Shown here: piece by piece, positions 43,733 through 53,865 of the stretch | Numbering within the stretch: position 1 is the first letter of the stretch | How the letters are laid out: every line of letters starts with the position of its first letter | Assembly: GCA_016206785.1 (NCBI GenBank) | Contig: JACQQV010000046.1 | Location: 19,512-83,511 of the forward strand | Direction of reading: 5' to 3' | Length of the DNA: 64,000 nucleotides | DNA from: Candidatus Omnitrophota bacterium | Lineage (GTDB): Bacteria; Omnitrophota; Gorgyraeia; JACQQV01 | Translations under genes and position numbers: made by a program | Notes under the pieces: generated by a model | Databases searched by the model: none | Told to the model about the DNA's origin: nothing | Seen by the model: only the letters and a program-made list of their open reading frames with translations

Positions 43733-44704
43733 TCACTCCCCTCCTTTTTTTTGTTCTATTTCAAAGATTCCCATCTTTCGGAACTTTTCATACCGCTCTT
43801 GAAGAAGTTTCTCTTTTGAAAGTTTTTGAAGGGGAGTCAAATGTTTGAGGAGGACCTCTTTGAGGGTGGCCGCTGTCTTTTCTGCACCCCGATGGGCCCC
43901 ACCCAAAGGTTCCGGAACAACTTCATCGATGATCCCTAATTCCAAAAGATCTTTTGCCGTGAGTCTCAATGTGCTCGCCGCTTCCGGGGCACGAGAGCGG
44001 TCTTTCCAGAGAATCGCCGCGCATCCTTCAGGAGAGATCACTGAATAATAGGCATTCTCCAGGACAAAAACTTTGTCTCCAACACCAATTCCAAGAGCTC
44101 CTCCACTTCCCCCCTCTCCAATCACTGCGATAAGGATCGGGACCGGAAGATCGATCATTTCCCGTAAATTGTATGCGATCGCATGGGCCTGTCCCCTTTC
44201 TTCCGCACCGACGCCGGGATAGGCACCGGGTGTGTCTACAAAACAAAGGATGGGGCGGTTGAACTTGGCCGCAAGTTCCATGATGCGCATCGCTTTCCGG
44301 TATCCTTCGGGATGGGCGCTCCCGAAATTCCGCATGAGATTTTCCTTGGTATCGCGGCCTTTCTGATGCCCAATCACCCCTACCACTTTTCCGTCCAATT
44401 TGGCAAATCCGGTGATGATCGCCTTGTCATCTGCAAAAAGGCGGTCTCCATGAAGTTCCGTAAAGTCGGTCATCATGAGGGTGATATAGTCAAGCGTGTA
44501 AGGGCGCTTCGGATGCCTTGCCAACTGCACCCGTTGCCAAGGCGTGAGGGTTCCGTAGACCGTCAGACGGAGCTCTTCCAGTTTCTTCTCGAGGGATTTG
44601 ATCTCTCCGTCGAGACCGATCCTCCCCTTGGCGGAAAAATCCTTGAGTTCCAAGATCTGTTTCTCAAGGTCCAAAATCGGTTTTTCAAAATTAAGATCCG
44701 CCAT
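43733..44704 (-). CDS. accA: Acetyl-CoA carboxylase carboxyltransferase alpha subunit
   Basis: Start moved to ATG 44704 ([10 protein letters not shown]). [41 protein letters not shown]. Confidence 0.96.
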   Translation of the reverse strand: MADLNFEKPILDLEKQILELKDFSAKGRIGLDGEIKSLEKKLEELRLTVYGTLTPWQRVQLARHPKRPYTLDYITLMMTDFTELHGDRLFADDKAIITGFAKLDGKVVGVIGHQKGRDTKENLMRNFGSAHPEGYRKAMRIMELAAKFNRPILCFVDTPGAYPGVGAEERGQAHAIAYNLREMIDLPVPILIAVIGEGGSGGALGIGVGDKVFVLENAYYSVISPEGCAAILWKDRSRAPEAASTLRLTAKDLLELGIIDEVVPEPLGGAHRGAEKTAATLKEVLLKHLTPLQKLSKEKLLQERYEKFRKMGIFEIEQKKGGE

Positions 44705-44712
44705 CTGTTTTC

Positions 44713-45624
44713 CTAGTCGATAATAGTGACTTCGGTACCGATCGGGACGATCGCATAAAGTTCCTCCACATCTTGATTGAACATCCGAACGCATCCTTTC
44801 GTGCCTTGCTTACCGATGGATTCCGGTTCCCGCGTCCCGTGGATCCCGTAGCCTGGCTCGTTTATTCCCAACCAGCGGGTCCCGAGAACATTCTCCGGAC
44901 TGTCCGAAGGGACCACCGCCCCAAGCGTATACCAAACAGGATTGACCAGTTTATTGACGATCTTAAATGTCCCGACCGGCGTGGAATTGTTCTCTCCCGT
45001 GGCTACGGGATAGACTTTGAAGATCTCCTCCCCCGCCTTGAGGGCCAAAGTGTTTTGGGATTTATCCACCACAACGCTAAAACGTGTGGCGGGCACTTTC
45101 AGTTTCATGCCTGGGCGAATCAGGTCGCTCTTGAGTTGATTCGCCCTTACGAGGAGTTCAACCGTCGTCCCGTGTGACTTTGCAATTTTCGCGAGGGAAT
45201 CCCCCGACTGGACCTGAACCGTTTTATCCATAGGAGTGACCGCGGGAGAAAAAAGGATCGCCATGTTCACTTTTCCAAGTTCCTCCTGGACGAGAGGGGC
45301 CATATTGGAATTTGGGAATTCATGAATGATTTTTTCGTAGGAGCGCTTGGCCTCAAGGAAATTCTTCTTTTCAGACTGCACCGCCCCTATGCCAAAATAT
45401 CCTTCATCCTTAAGATCGGGAGGTGCGTCCTCCGCCGTCATCTGTGTATAAACCTGAAGGGCCTCATCCAATTTCCCTTTGGAAAAAGCCTCTTTTGCTT
45501 GTCTCTGAAGCCCTCCGAGGAAAAGACCCCGACCGGGCCCTCTTTTTCCCAAGACAAAGTTCAGTCCGAGTCCGCCCGCAAGAAACAGAACAACCATCGC
45601 CACGACCTGCCATCGTCTCGTCAT
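44713..45624 (-). CDS. TPR + LysM + YkuD L,D-transpeptidase
   Basis: N-terminal anchor, TPRs, Lys[13 protein letters not shown], YkuD GIHGT...GTKGCVRM. Confidence 0.9.
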   Translation of the reverse strand: MTRRWQVVAMVVLFLAGGLGLNFVLGKRGPGRGLFLGGLQRQAKEAFSKGKLDEALQVYTQMTAEDAPPDLKDEGYFGIGAVQSEKKNFLEAKRSYEKIIHEFPNSNMAPLVQEELGKVNMAILFSPAVTPMDKTVQVQSGDSLAKIAKSHGTTVELLVRANQLKSDLIRPGMKLKVPATRFSVVVDKSQNTLALKAGEEIFKVYPVATGENNSTPVGTFKIVNKLVNPVWYTLGAVVPSDSPENVLGTRWLGINEPGYGIHGTREPESIGKQGTKGCVRMFNQDVEELYAIVPIGTEVTIID

Positions 45625-45635
45625 GTAATCCCTCG

Positions 45636-46112
45636 CTATGATAAGTTAAAAAATAAAAGCGATAGAAAAATCCCCAAAAACGCGCCCATGATGACCTCTA
45701 CCGGCGTATGTCCCCAGAGTTCCTTCAAGCGATCTTCTCGAATCCCCTTCTTAAAATAGATGTCATCGATCATCTTGTTTAACAGTTCCGCCTGCTTCCC
45801 GCTGGCCCGTCGCACTCCCTGCGCATCAAACATGATGATAATGGCCACGACGGCTGTCACTGCAAAAATAGGAGAATCAAACCCAGAAACACAACCCACC
45901 GATGTGGCAAGACTCGTCACCCCCGCCGCATGGCTTGAGGGCATGCCACCCGTTTCGACGAACCAGTTGAAGTTAAACCGTTTCTCCCGAAGCACCCCCA
46001 GGACCACCTTCAGCATCTGCGCGGTGAACCAGGTCAGGAGTGTCACGCCGACGATGCGGTTTGCGCCGATCTCCCTTAAGAAATCGTGCATTTCTTGGGA
46101 AGGAACCGTCAT
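45636..46112 (-). CDS. Divergent PAP2 family (DUF212) membrane protein
   Basis: GGMPSSH, DAQGVRR, GHTPVEV. Confidence 0.9.
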   Translation of the reverse strand: MTVPSQEMHDFLREIGANRIVGVTLLTWFTAQMLKVVLGVLREKRFNFNWFVETGGMPSSHAAGVTSLATSVGCVSGFDSPIFAVTAVVAIIIMFDAQGVRRASGKQAELLNKMIDDIYFKKGIREDRLKELWGHTPVEVIMGAFLGIFLSLLFFNLS

Positions 46113-46113
46113 C

Positions 46114-47208
46114 TTAACGTCCTGTAAAACCTTTTGCCCCGCTGTGGAAGCCCTTCAAAGCGAGATCCAGCTCATCCCGGTTGTCGGCATTCATCCGCGC
46201 ATCCTCCAGCGTGATCTTCCCGGTTTGATAGAGGGAGATGAGCGCCTGCTGAAAAGTCTGCATGCCGAAAATCGCGCCATCCTGGATGAAGGATGGAATC
46301 TGAATCGTTAACCCATCGTGGATGAGTCCTCGGATCGTGGGGGTGAGAAGCATCACTTCGCAGGCAGGGATCCTTCCCTTCCCGTCCTTCCGGGGAATGA
46401 GACGCAGGGAGAGTACCCCTTTGAGAAGAAGGGAAAGTTGTAATCGCACTTCGTGATGCTGGTAGGGGGGAAAGAAATTAATGATGCGCTCTACCGTTTG
46501 GGTCGTGTTGATGGTGTGCAAGGTGCTTATCACGAGCTGCCCTGTCTCGGCCGCTTGGATAGCGCTTGTCATCGTTTCCACGTCGCGGATGTCTCCGATA
46601 TAAATCACATCCGGGGTCTGCCGCATGATGTGGCGCAGGGCATAGTAGTAGGAACGGGTGTCTCCACCTATTTCCCGTTGACTGATAATCGATTTTTTGT
46701 CGCGATGGACGAACTCAATCGGGTCCTCGATCGTGAGAATGTGCTTTTCCATATTGGTGTTGATATAGTCAACGATACTGGCCAGGGTGGTTGATTTCCC
46801 ACATCCTGTTGAGCCTGTCACCAGGACAAGCCCTCGACTCTCCTGACAAAGACTCTCCAACACCTTGGTAGGGAGACCGAGCTCTTCAAAATTGGGAACG
46901 CTACTTTTAATGGAACGGAAGACCATGCCCATGGTTCCCCTCTGGTAGTAGACATTGGCGCGGAAACGTCCTACGCCCCCCACACTCATCGAGGTATCCA
47001 ATTCAAGGTTATCTTGAAATTGTCTCTCCTGTTCCTCTGTGAGGATCTCTTTGACAAAACCGGTCATATCCGTAGGGGTAAGGTTCTGGTCGCCCTCCGG
47101 AAAAAGTTTCCCATAAACACGAAAGCAGGGAGGGCAGCCGACCTTTAAATACAGGTCTGACGCCTCCTTAAGGAGCATCATCTTGAGGAGATCTTCTACT
47201 TTTCCCAT
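46114..47208 (-). CDS. pilT: PilT/PilU type IV pilus retraction ATPase
   Basis: ASDLYLKVG, GSTGCGKSTT, TIEDPIEF, AAETGQLVISTLHT, GMQTF. pilT versus pilU not resolvable. Confidence 0.85.
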   Translation of the reverse strand: MGKVEDLLKMMLLKEASDLYLKVGCPPCFRVYGKLFPEGDQNLTPTDMTGFVKEILTEEQERQFQDNLELDTSMSVGGVGRFRANVYYQRGTMGMVFRSIKSSVPNFEELGLPTKVLESLCQESRGLVLVTGSTGCGKSTTLASIVDYINTNMEKHILTIEDPIEFVHRDKKSIISQREIGGDTRSYYYALRHIMRQTPDVIYIGDIRDVETMTSAIQAAETGQLVISTLHTINTTQTVERIINFFPPYQHHEVRLQLSLLLKGVLSLRLIPRKDGKGRIPACEVMLLTPTIRGLIHDGLTIQIPSFIQDGAIFGMQTFQQALISLYQTGKITLEDARMNADNRDELDLALKGFHSGAKGFTGR

Positions 47209-47226
47209 ACGTAAGCTCCTATTATA

Positions 47227-48627
47227 TCACTTCCCAATGCAGAATTGGGAGAAGATTTTGTCGAGGAGGTCTTCTGTGAAAACTTCCCCCACAATCTCCC
47301 CCACGTTCTCCAAGGCTTCTCGAAGATCCACCGCCACAATTTCCGGGGGGGCCGGATGACAAAGGTGCTCCATCGCTGAGTGTAACGCCTCCACGGCACG
47401 CGTGAGCGCCTCCTGATGGCGGACATTCGTCACGAGCGACCCTTCCGAAGAAAAGGTCTTCCCCTGCCACACCATTTGAGAAATCGCTTCTTCCAGATGA
47501 GCGATCCCCTCACCAGTAATGGCTGAAACGTTCACGACTCTCTTTCCGTTCTTTACGTCAAAGAGCCTTTTCAAATTGAGTTGCTGCGGAAGATCTTTCT
47601 TATTGACCACGCAGAGGCTCGGCCGGCCTTCGATCTGATGAAGCAGTGTTTCATCTTCATGGGTCTCCGGCTCACTCCCATCCAGAACAAGAAGGATAAG
47701 GTCCGCCCGTTCGAGGTAAGAGCGGCTACGGCGGATCCCTTCGACCTCAATCTGGGAATCGGTTTCTTGAATCCCCGCCGTGTCCACAAGACGAATAGGA
47801 ATACCACGGATATTCGCTGTTTCCTCTATGGCATCGCGGGTGGTGCCTGCAATCGGAGTGACAATCGCCCGGTTCTGGTGAAGCAAGGCGTTTAAGAGAC
47901 TCGACTTTCCCACATTCGGTCGGCCGGTGATCACGGTCGTGAGCCCTTCCCGAAAAACGATACCGGTCGAGGCGCTCTCTAGGAGATCTTTCATCTCTTG
48001 ATAAAGACGGGACAGTCGTCCAAGAAGTTCACGCTCACTTAAAATTTCAATATCCTCATCCGGGAAATCGATCGCCCCCTCGAGGTGGGCAAGAGACTCC
48101 AGGAGTTCAGCCTGAAACGTTTTTACCCTCTTTGAAAGAGCCCCTCCTAGCTGCTCGACAGCACAGCGAAGACTCGCATCGGTCTTCGCGTGAATGAGGT
48201 CCAACACCGCCTCCGCCTGTGAAAGATCGATCCGCCCATTTAAAAAAGCACGCTCGGTAAATTCGCCGGGCCGAGCGAGTCTCGCGCCCTCACGTATTAA
48301 AAGTTCTAAAATTTCCCGCAATGACACGGATCCTCCATGGCCATAGATCTCAATCATATCCTCGCAGGTATAGGTGCGGGGAGACTTCAGCACCAACACA
48401 AGCACTTCATCCAACAGGCGATCCTTCTCAGGGTCCGCGATATGCCCATAGAGCGCTCGGAAAGATTCGACTTGGGAAGGGAGAATCCCTGTTTTTGAAC
48501 GGAAGACCCGATCGGCGATTTCAAAACTCCTTTTCCCACTGACACGGATGACCCCGATGGCCGCTTCTCCAATCGGCGTTGAAATCGCTGCGATGGTATC
48601 TGCGGTTTCGTCTCTGACTTTTCTCAT
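47227..48627 (-). CDS. mnmE: tRNA modification GTPase MnmE
   Basis: DTIAAISTP, GEFTERAFLNGRIDL, GRPNVGKSS, DTAG, C-terminal FCIGK. Confidence 0.97.
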   Translation of the reverse strand: MRKVRDETADTIAAISTPIGEAAIGVIRVSGKRSFEIADRVFRSKTGILPSQVESFRALYGHIADPEKDRLLDEVLVLVLKSPRTYTCEDMIEIYGHGGSVSLREILELLIREGARLARPGEFTERAFLNGRIDLSQAEAVLDLIHAKTDASLRCAVEQLGGALSKRVKTFQAELLESLAHLEGAIDFPDEDIEILSERELLGRLSRLYQEMKDLLESASTGIVFREGLTTVITGRPNVGKSSLLNALLHQNRAIVTPIAGTTRDAIEETANIRGIPIRLVDTAGIQETDSQIEVEGIRRSRSYLERADLILLVLDGSEPETHEDETLLHQIEGRPSLCVVNKKDLPQQLNLKRLFDVKNGKRVVNVSAITGEGIAHLEEAISQMVWQGKTFSSEGSLVTNVRHQEALTRAVEALHSAMEHLCHPAPPEIVAVDLREALENVGEIVGEVFTEDLLDKIFSQFCIGK

Positions 48628-50036
48628 AGGAATTTCAATTTCGGGACTAAGTCCCTTTTCGCCTTAGAAGCACCTCCAGGGAACAAGTCTAACCGTGAGA
48701 GGGACTTAGTCCCGCTCTTCCTCTGTGTCAATTCTAAAACCTCTCCAACCAGATACAACGATCCTGTGACCAGTATGACTCCGTGAGAGCCGAGTCGAGC
48801 CCGTGCCAAGGTAAGCGCCTCCTTAAGGGAAGGAGTGATTTGAAGGTCTCTGGAATAAGGAGAAGCATGTTCCTTCAATATCTCACCATCGAGTGCGCGA
48901 GCCGTTTGCGCCTGGGTCACGATCACCGTCTCTGCAAGGGGACAAAGTGTTTTACAGACTGCGGCGATCTCTTTATCGGCAGAGATCCCCAGGATAAGGA
49001 CGAGGGGTCGATCCTTAAAAAAATCTAAGAAAGTGTTTTTGAGAACCGAAGCGGAGGCGCCGTTCTGCGCCCCATCGACGATCAGGGTCGGGTTTCTCTT
49101 CAGAATCTGAAACCGTCCGGGCCAATCAACCTGTGAAAGCCCTTTCCGAATCGCCTGTTGAGACACCTCTACTCCTTTTTTGGAAAGGGCTGTACAGATT
49201 GCGATCGCCACAAGGGCATTGCGTATTTGATGTTCCCCTAAAAGGGGAAGAAAAAGGTCGGAAAGTTCCCCTGCCGGTCCTCGAACATGGAAACGGGTCC
49301 CCGCTTCACTCTTTTCGATGATCCGATAGGAATAAAGAGAAGGAACTTCGAGAACTTCGACAGGAACCTCTTTGGCTACCCTTCGGATTTCCAGGAGGGC
49401 CTCCGGTTCCTGGTGAGAAATGACCGCAAAGGCCCCCCTTTTCAAAATCTGTGCCTTCTCACAGGCGATGGCGGTCAAGGTTGTGCCAAGTTTATCCATA
49501 TGGTCAAAACTAATCGGTGTCACGGCCGCCGCCAGGGGATGGATGAGGTTCGTCGCGTCGAGACGCCCTCCCATTCCAACCTCTACCACCGCGACCTCGA
49601 CGCCTTGTTCCTTAAAGAAAAGAAAACTGAGCGCTGTGAACAGTTCGAAAAAAGTGAAGGAACCTGCCGGTGAAAGACGTTCAAGGACCGGTTTTATCTT
49701 CATGACAAGGGAAGCCAATTCCTCATCCAGAATCATCCGGTCTCCCATGCCCTTCTTTGAAATCCGAATCCTTTCCCGTCGGGTGACGAGGTGGGGAGAG
49801 GTATAGAGTCCGACGGAAAGGCCCGTCTCGCGAAGGATATGATAGACCATGGCACAGGTCGATCCTTTCCCACGACTCCCTGCCACATGAATGCTTTGAA
49901 ACGAGCCCTGCGGATTGCCGAGTGCTGAAAGGAGAAGACGCATCCTCCCCAATTTCATCACATCATAGGAATAGGTGGTGATCTTTTCGTAGTCGATGAG
50001 GGAATCTAAAAACTGCAGCGCTTCTGTTTCAGTCAT
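48624..50036 (-). CDS. folC: Folylpolyglutamate/dihydrofolate synthase
   Basis: Start moved to ATG 50036. HVAGSRGKGS, YTSPHL, EVGMGGRLDATN, WPGRF, TGSLYLVG. Confidence 0.93.
   Translation of the reverse strand: MTETEALQFLDSLIDYEKITTYSYDVMKLGRMRLLLSALGNPQGSFQSIHVAGSRGKGSTCAMVYHILRETGLSVGLYTSPHLVTRRERIRISKKGMGDRMILDEELASLVMKIKPVLERLSPAGSFTFFELFTALSFLFFKEQGVEVAVVEVGMGGRLDATNLIHPLAAAVTPISFDHMDKLGTTLTAIACEKAQILKRGAFAVISHQEPEALLEIRRVAKEVPVEVLEVPSLYSYRIIEKSEAGTRFHVRGPAGELSDLFLPLLGEHQIRNALVAIAICTALSKKGVEVSQQAIRKGLSQVDWPGRFQILKRNPTLIVDGAQNGASASVLKNTFLDFFKDRPLVLILGISADKEIAAVCKTLCPLAETVIVTQAQTARALDGEILKEHASPYSRDLQITPSLKEALTLARARLGSHGVILVTGSLYLVGEVLELTQRKSGTKSLSRLDLFPGGASKAKRDLVPKLKFL
48643..48715. repeat. 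REP-like doublet GGGACTAAGTCCC...GGGACTTAGTCCC, copy 2 (in frame in folC 3' end)
   Basis: Reverse complement GCGGGACTAAGTCCC...ACGGTTAGAC...AAGGCG...GGGACTTAGTCCC matches copy 1. Confidence 0.8.
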
Positions 50037-50037
50037 C

Positions 50038-51579
50038 TTAATGTTTAAAATGCCGGAGGTTCGTAACGACCATCGCGATCTCGGAGCAATCACAGGCCTC
50101 GATCACCTCACGGTCGCGGATCGATCCCCCCGGCTGAATGATGGCACGAATCCCGGCGCGTGCCGCCACTTCCACATTATCCGGAAAAGGGAAAAACCCG
50201 TCACTCGCCAAAACCGCCCCTTCACTCCTCGGTCCCGCCTTCTCAATTGCAAGTCTTACCGCGCCTACGCGAGAGGGTTGGCCTCCGCCGATTCCGACGG
50301 TCGCCTCCCCCTGGGCAACCACAATCGCATTGGAACGAACATGCTTCGCCACCTTAAAAGCGAAAAGGAGTGAACGGAGTTCTTGCGGGGTAGGTCTTCT
50401 TTTTGTCACCGTCTTAAGCTGCGACGCCCTTATTTCTCTTTCATCTTCCGTCTGGACAAGAAGGCCCCCTGAAACCTGCTTAAACGCCCTTTGAATCTTC
50501 CCTGCTCTTTTCAATGTGTCGAAGGGAACGAGTCTTAAATTCTTTTTGTTTTTTAGAACCCTGAGTGCGACCGGTCGGATAGCAGGGAAACCGATGACCT
50601 CCAAAAATCCACTTTCAACGATCTGTTTTGCCAAAGAAGGACCGAGCGTTCGATTCACTCCGATGACCCCGCCGAATGCCGATTCAGGATCAGACTCCCA
50701 TGCTTTTTGAAAAGCCTCCTCAAGCGTCTTTCCCGCACCGACGCCGCAAGGTCCTGCATGCTTTACAATCGCGACAGCCGGTTTCCGGAAATCGGTCACA
50801 AGCCGATAGGCGCTATCCAGATCCAAAAGATTATTAAAGGAAAGAGGCCTGCCCTGAAGCGAAAACTTTCCAGAGGAAAGGCCTTTCTCAACATCGTGGT
50901 AAAACGCTGCGGACTGGTGCGGATTCTCTCCGTATCGGAGCGTTTGAACTTTCCGAAAAGAGAGTTCAAGGACATCCGGAAACAGTTCCGCCCCATGCTC
51001 TCCGAAAAAGTCCCTGATGGCTCTGTCGTAGCGACAAGTCCTTCGGAAGGCCTGATAAGCGAGCTTCTTGTTTGCCGATTCCTGGATTCCAGAGTTCTTT
51101 TTCAGTTCACGAAGCACTTCCTCATAAAATTCGCAACCGGGGACGACGGTCACATGACGATAATTTTTCGCGGCGGCGCGAAGAAGGGCGACCCCGCCGA
51201 TATCGATGAGTTCAAGGGCCTTCGAAAGGTTCATCTTCCCTTTTCCGATTCCCTCTTCAAAAGGATAAAGATCGACGGCGACAAGGTCGATCGGTTCAAT
51301 CCCCTGTTGTCTGAGAGACCGGCGGTGCGACCGATTGGAACGGTCGGCTAAAATCCCTGCATGGATTTTGGGATGAAGGGTTTTGACTCTTCCGTCCAGA
51401 AGTTCCGGAAAACCGGTATAGTCGGAAACTTCGGTGACAGGAATCCGATTCGCCTTCAAAAGTTTAGCGGTCTTTCCGGTCGAAAGAATCTCGACGCCCA
51501 ACTGCACGAGGGTCTTGGCAAAGGGCACGATTCCCCTCTTGTCGTATACGCTTAAAAGGGCCCTGCGAATTTTAGGCAC
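50038..51579 (-). CDS. purH: Bifunctional AICAR transformylase/IMP cyclohydrolase
   Basis: ALLSVYDK, GRVKTLHP, IDIGG, LRYGENPHQ, ASDGFFPF, IIQPGGS. Confidence 0.97.
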   Translation of the reverse strand: MPKIRRALLSVYDKRGIVPFAKTLVQLGVEILSTGKTAKLLKANRIPVTEVSDYTGFPELLDGRVKTLHPKIHAGILADRSNRSHRRSLRQQGIEPIDLVAVDLYPFEEGIGKGKMNLSKALELIDIGGVALLRAAAKNYRHVTVVPGCEFYEEVLRELKKNSGIQESANKKLAYQAFRRTCRYDRAIRDFFGEHGAELFPDVLELSFRKVQTLRYGENPHQSAAFYHDVEKGLSSGKFSLQGRPLSFNNLLDLDSAYRLVTDFRKPAVAIVKHAGPCGVGAGKTLEEAFQKAWESDPESAFGGVIGVNRTLGPSLAKQIVESGFLEVIGFPAIRPVALRVLKNKKNLRLVPFDTLKRAGKIQRAFKQVSGGLLVQTEDEREIRASQLKTVTKRRPTPQELRSLLFAFKVAKHVRSNAIVVAQGEATVGIGGGQPSRVGAVRLAIEKAGPRSEGAVLASDGFFPFPDNVEVAARAGIRAIIQPGGSIRDREVIEACDCSEIAMVVTNLRHFKH

Positions 51580-52360
51580 CTTCTCTTCCTTTCTCCGCCT
51601 TCAAGGTCTGAATCATCTTGCGTGTGAACTCTCCTACTTTTCCCCTCCCCACCATTCTTCCATCTATAGAGACGACCGGCATGACCCCCATCGAGGTATT
51701 GGTCAAAAAAATCTCATCTGCCCCATAAAGATTAAATCGGGTAAAAGGTTCTTCTTGAACGGCGATCCGCCGCTCATGCGCTTTTTCAATCACCTGACCG
51801 CGAGTAATTCCTCTTAACACGCCCAGAAAAGGTGGAGGGGTAAAAAGGGAGCCTCCTTTCACAAAAAAAATGTTTGAGATTTTTCCTTCTGTCACATACC
51901 CTTCTGAATCGAGATAGATTTCTTCAAAAGGACCCTCTAAAAATAGACCGTCCAGGGTCGAGAGAATTCCATTCATAAATTCTTTCACTTTCATCTGACC
52001 GTCGAGGGCAAGGAGGGCATTTCGTCGCGTCGGAGCGGTCCTGACAGAAACCCCTCTTTCATAAAAAGAAGAGGGGTGCCGCTTCGCCTCCTTCACAATG
52101 AGAAAGAACCGCGAGCCCTTTCCTTCCCGTAAAAACGCCATTCTCACATAGGCATCCGGATAAGGCTTCGAAGCGAGTTCCCGACGGAGACGAAGTCGAA
52201 TCTCCTCTCTGGAAAGGCCAAGGGAAAGTTGGAGAGAGCGGCTTGATTCAAACAGGCGGTCGAGATGTTCGTCCATCGCAACCAATTGTCGCCGATGAGA
52301 CCGTAGCGTTTCAAAAACCCCATCCTCCCAGAGAAGGATTGCAGGAAGATCAAACAGCAT
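51572..52360 (-). CDS. pabC: Class IV PLP enzyme, probable 4-amino-4-deoxychorismate lyase
   Basis: DGVFET, HLDRL, EGKISNIF, LRGITR, IFLTNT; directly downstream of a pabB-like gene in a folate cluster. Confidence 0.7.
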   Translation of the reverse strand: MLFDLPAILLWEDGVFETLRSHRRQLVAMDEHLDRLFESSRSLQLSLGLSREEIRLRLRRELASKPYPDAYVRMAFLREGKGSRFFLIVKEAKRHPSSFYERGVSVRTAPTRRNALLALDGQMKVKEFMNGILSTLDGLFLEGPFEEIYLDSEGYVTEGKISNIFFVKGGSLFTPPPFLGVLRGITRGQVIEKAHERRIAVQEEPFTRFNLYGADEIFLTNTSMGVMPVVSIDGRMVGRGKVGEFTRKMIQTLKAEKGREGA

Positions 52361-53810
52361 GAAGTGGACTCCTCTCTCCTCTCATCGCCTCGACGAGCGC
52401 CTGTGCCTTGTGAAGACTCTCTTCGTATTCTCTCAGGGGATCCGAATCCGCAACGATACCGGAACCGACCTGAATGTAGGCATCGTCTCCTTTCAGGATA
52501 AAGGTGCGGATCACGATATTAAGATCCATTTCTCCGTTAAATCCTAAGTAACCGATTGAGCCGGTATAAATTCCCCGCGCCACCGGTTCCAGTTCATCGA
52601 TAATCTCCATACACCGGACCTTGGGAACGCCTGTGACCGTCCCCCCGGGGAAAAGGGCGCGGAGGATCCCAAAAAGATCATTTTCCTTTTTCAATTTTCC
52701 GACGATATTGGAAACGATGTGGATCACGTGGGAATATTCCTCGAGAGTCATCATCTCGTTCACATGAACCGTTCCATAGTCACAGATCCTTCCAAGGTCA
52801 TTCCGTTCAAGATCGATGAGCATCAGATGCTCCGCCCTCTCCTTGTCACTGAGGAGGAGTTCAATGCTTTTCTCCAGAGTCTCAAAGGAATCTTTTCCTC
52901 GAGGACGGGTCCCGGCAATGGGGCGGGTCTGAAGCCACTCCCCTTCCTTCTTTAAGAGCCTCTCCGGTGAGGAACTGACAATGGAAAAATCGCCAAAGTC
53001 AAAAAAGGAGGCGAAAGGAGAAGGGTTCACTTGCCGAAGAGCCTCATAGAGCAAATACGGATGCCCGACAAAGGAGCTGTGAAGGCGCTGGGAAAGATTC
53101 GCCTGAAAGATATCTCCTGAACGGATATACGCCTTCGCCCGTTCCACCATCCATTTGAATTCGGTCTCCGACATATTGGAAGAAATGGGAGAGCAGGTGA
53201 GAATTCCGAAAGAAGGAGGGAAAGTCTTGCGGAGTGCACCTTCCATCTCCTCCATCGCTTCCAGGGCTTTGGGGTACCCCCTCTCCCCTTCTTCCGTCGG
53301 GACATTCACAAGGAGATACGTCTTATTTTCAAGATGATCGAAGGCGATCAGGCGGTCGAAGAAAAGAAAAAAGGCATCCGGAAGGAGAAGATCGTCTTTT
53401 GCAAAATTCGGGAGCTTCTCAAAAAAGTGGCGGATTTCGTAACTCAAATAGCCGACCGCCCCCCCAGCGAAAGGAGGAAGTCCCCGAAGCCTCGGCGATC
53501 GATGCTGCGACAAAAGCCTCCGAAGAATCCTGAGGGGTTCTCCGCGCATCGATTCCGTCTCATCCCTTTTTTCCAGCCAGACCCAATCCCCTTTACTTTT
53601 AAAGACAAGGTACGGATCCCATCCTAAAAAGGAATAGCGGCCGGTTAAAGGGTGGCAACGGGCACTTTCAAGAAGAAAAGGATAGCGATGCGTGAGGACC
53701 TTCGAGAGAAGTTCACTTGGTGAACCTAAATTTGTAACTTCTTTTACAATAGGTACTAAGGAGAATTCTTTGGACAGCTCTAAAAATTGGGTGAGGGAAG
53801 GTGTCGCCAT
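52350..53810 (-). CDS. pabB: Aminodeoxychorismate synthase component I (chorismate-binding enzyme)
   Basis: LLES, GRYS, SSSPE, PIAGTRPRG, AEHLMLIDLERNDLG, FPGGTVTGVPK. Likely start 53810; trpE-like identity not excluded. Confidence 0.75.
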   Translation of the reverse strand: MATPSLTQFLELSKEFSLVPIVKEVTNLGSPSELLSKVLTHRYPFLLESARCHPLTGRYSFLGWDPYLVFKSKGDWVWLEKRDETESMRGEPLRILRRLLSQHRSPRLRGLPPFAGGAVGYLSYEIRHFFEKLPNFAKDDLLLPDAFFLFFDRLIAFDHLENKTYLLVNVPTEEGERGYPKALEAMEEMEGALRKTFPPSFGILTCSPISSNMSETEFKWMVERAKAYIRSGDIFQANLSQRLHSSFVGHPYLLYEALRQVNPSPFASFFDFGDFSIVSSSPERLLKKEGEWLQTRPIAGTRPRGKDSFETLEKSIELLLSDKERAEHLMLIDLERNDLGRICDYGTVHVNEMMTLEEYSHVIHIVSNIVGKLKKENDLFGILRALFPGGTVTGVPKVRCMEIIDELEPVARGIYTGSIGYLGFNGEMDLNIVIRTFILKGDDAYIQVGSGIVADSDPLREYEESLHKAQALVEAMRGERSPLHAV

Positions 53811-53865
53811 GGCAGGATGATTGTAGCACAGGGAGTGATGAGAGACAAGTGGGCTCTTCGTCGAT

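Noticed and set aside
46114-47208. PilT as a dedicated part of the giant-protein system
   Set aside because: It sits in a separate housekeeping run (mnmE to accA), outside the unit's own promoter; the sequence shows no link.
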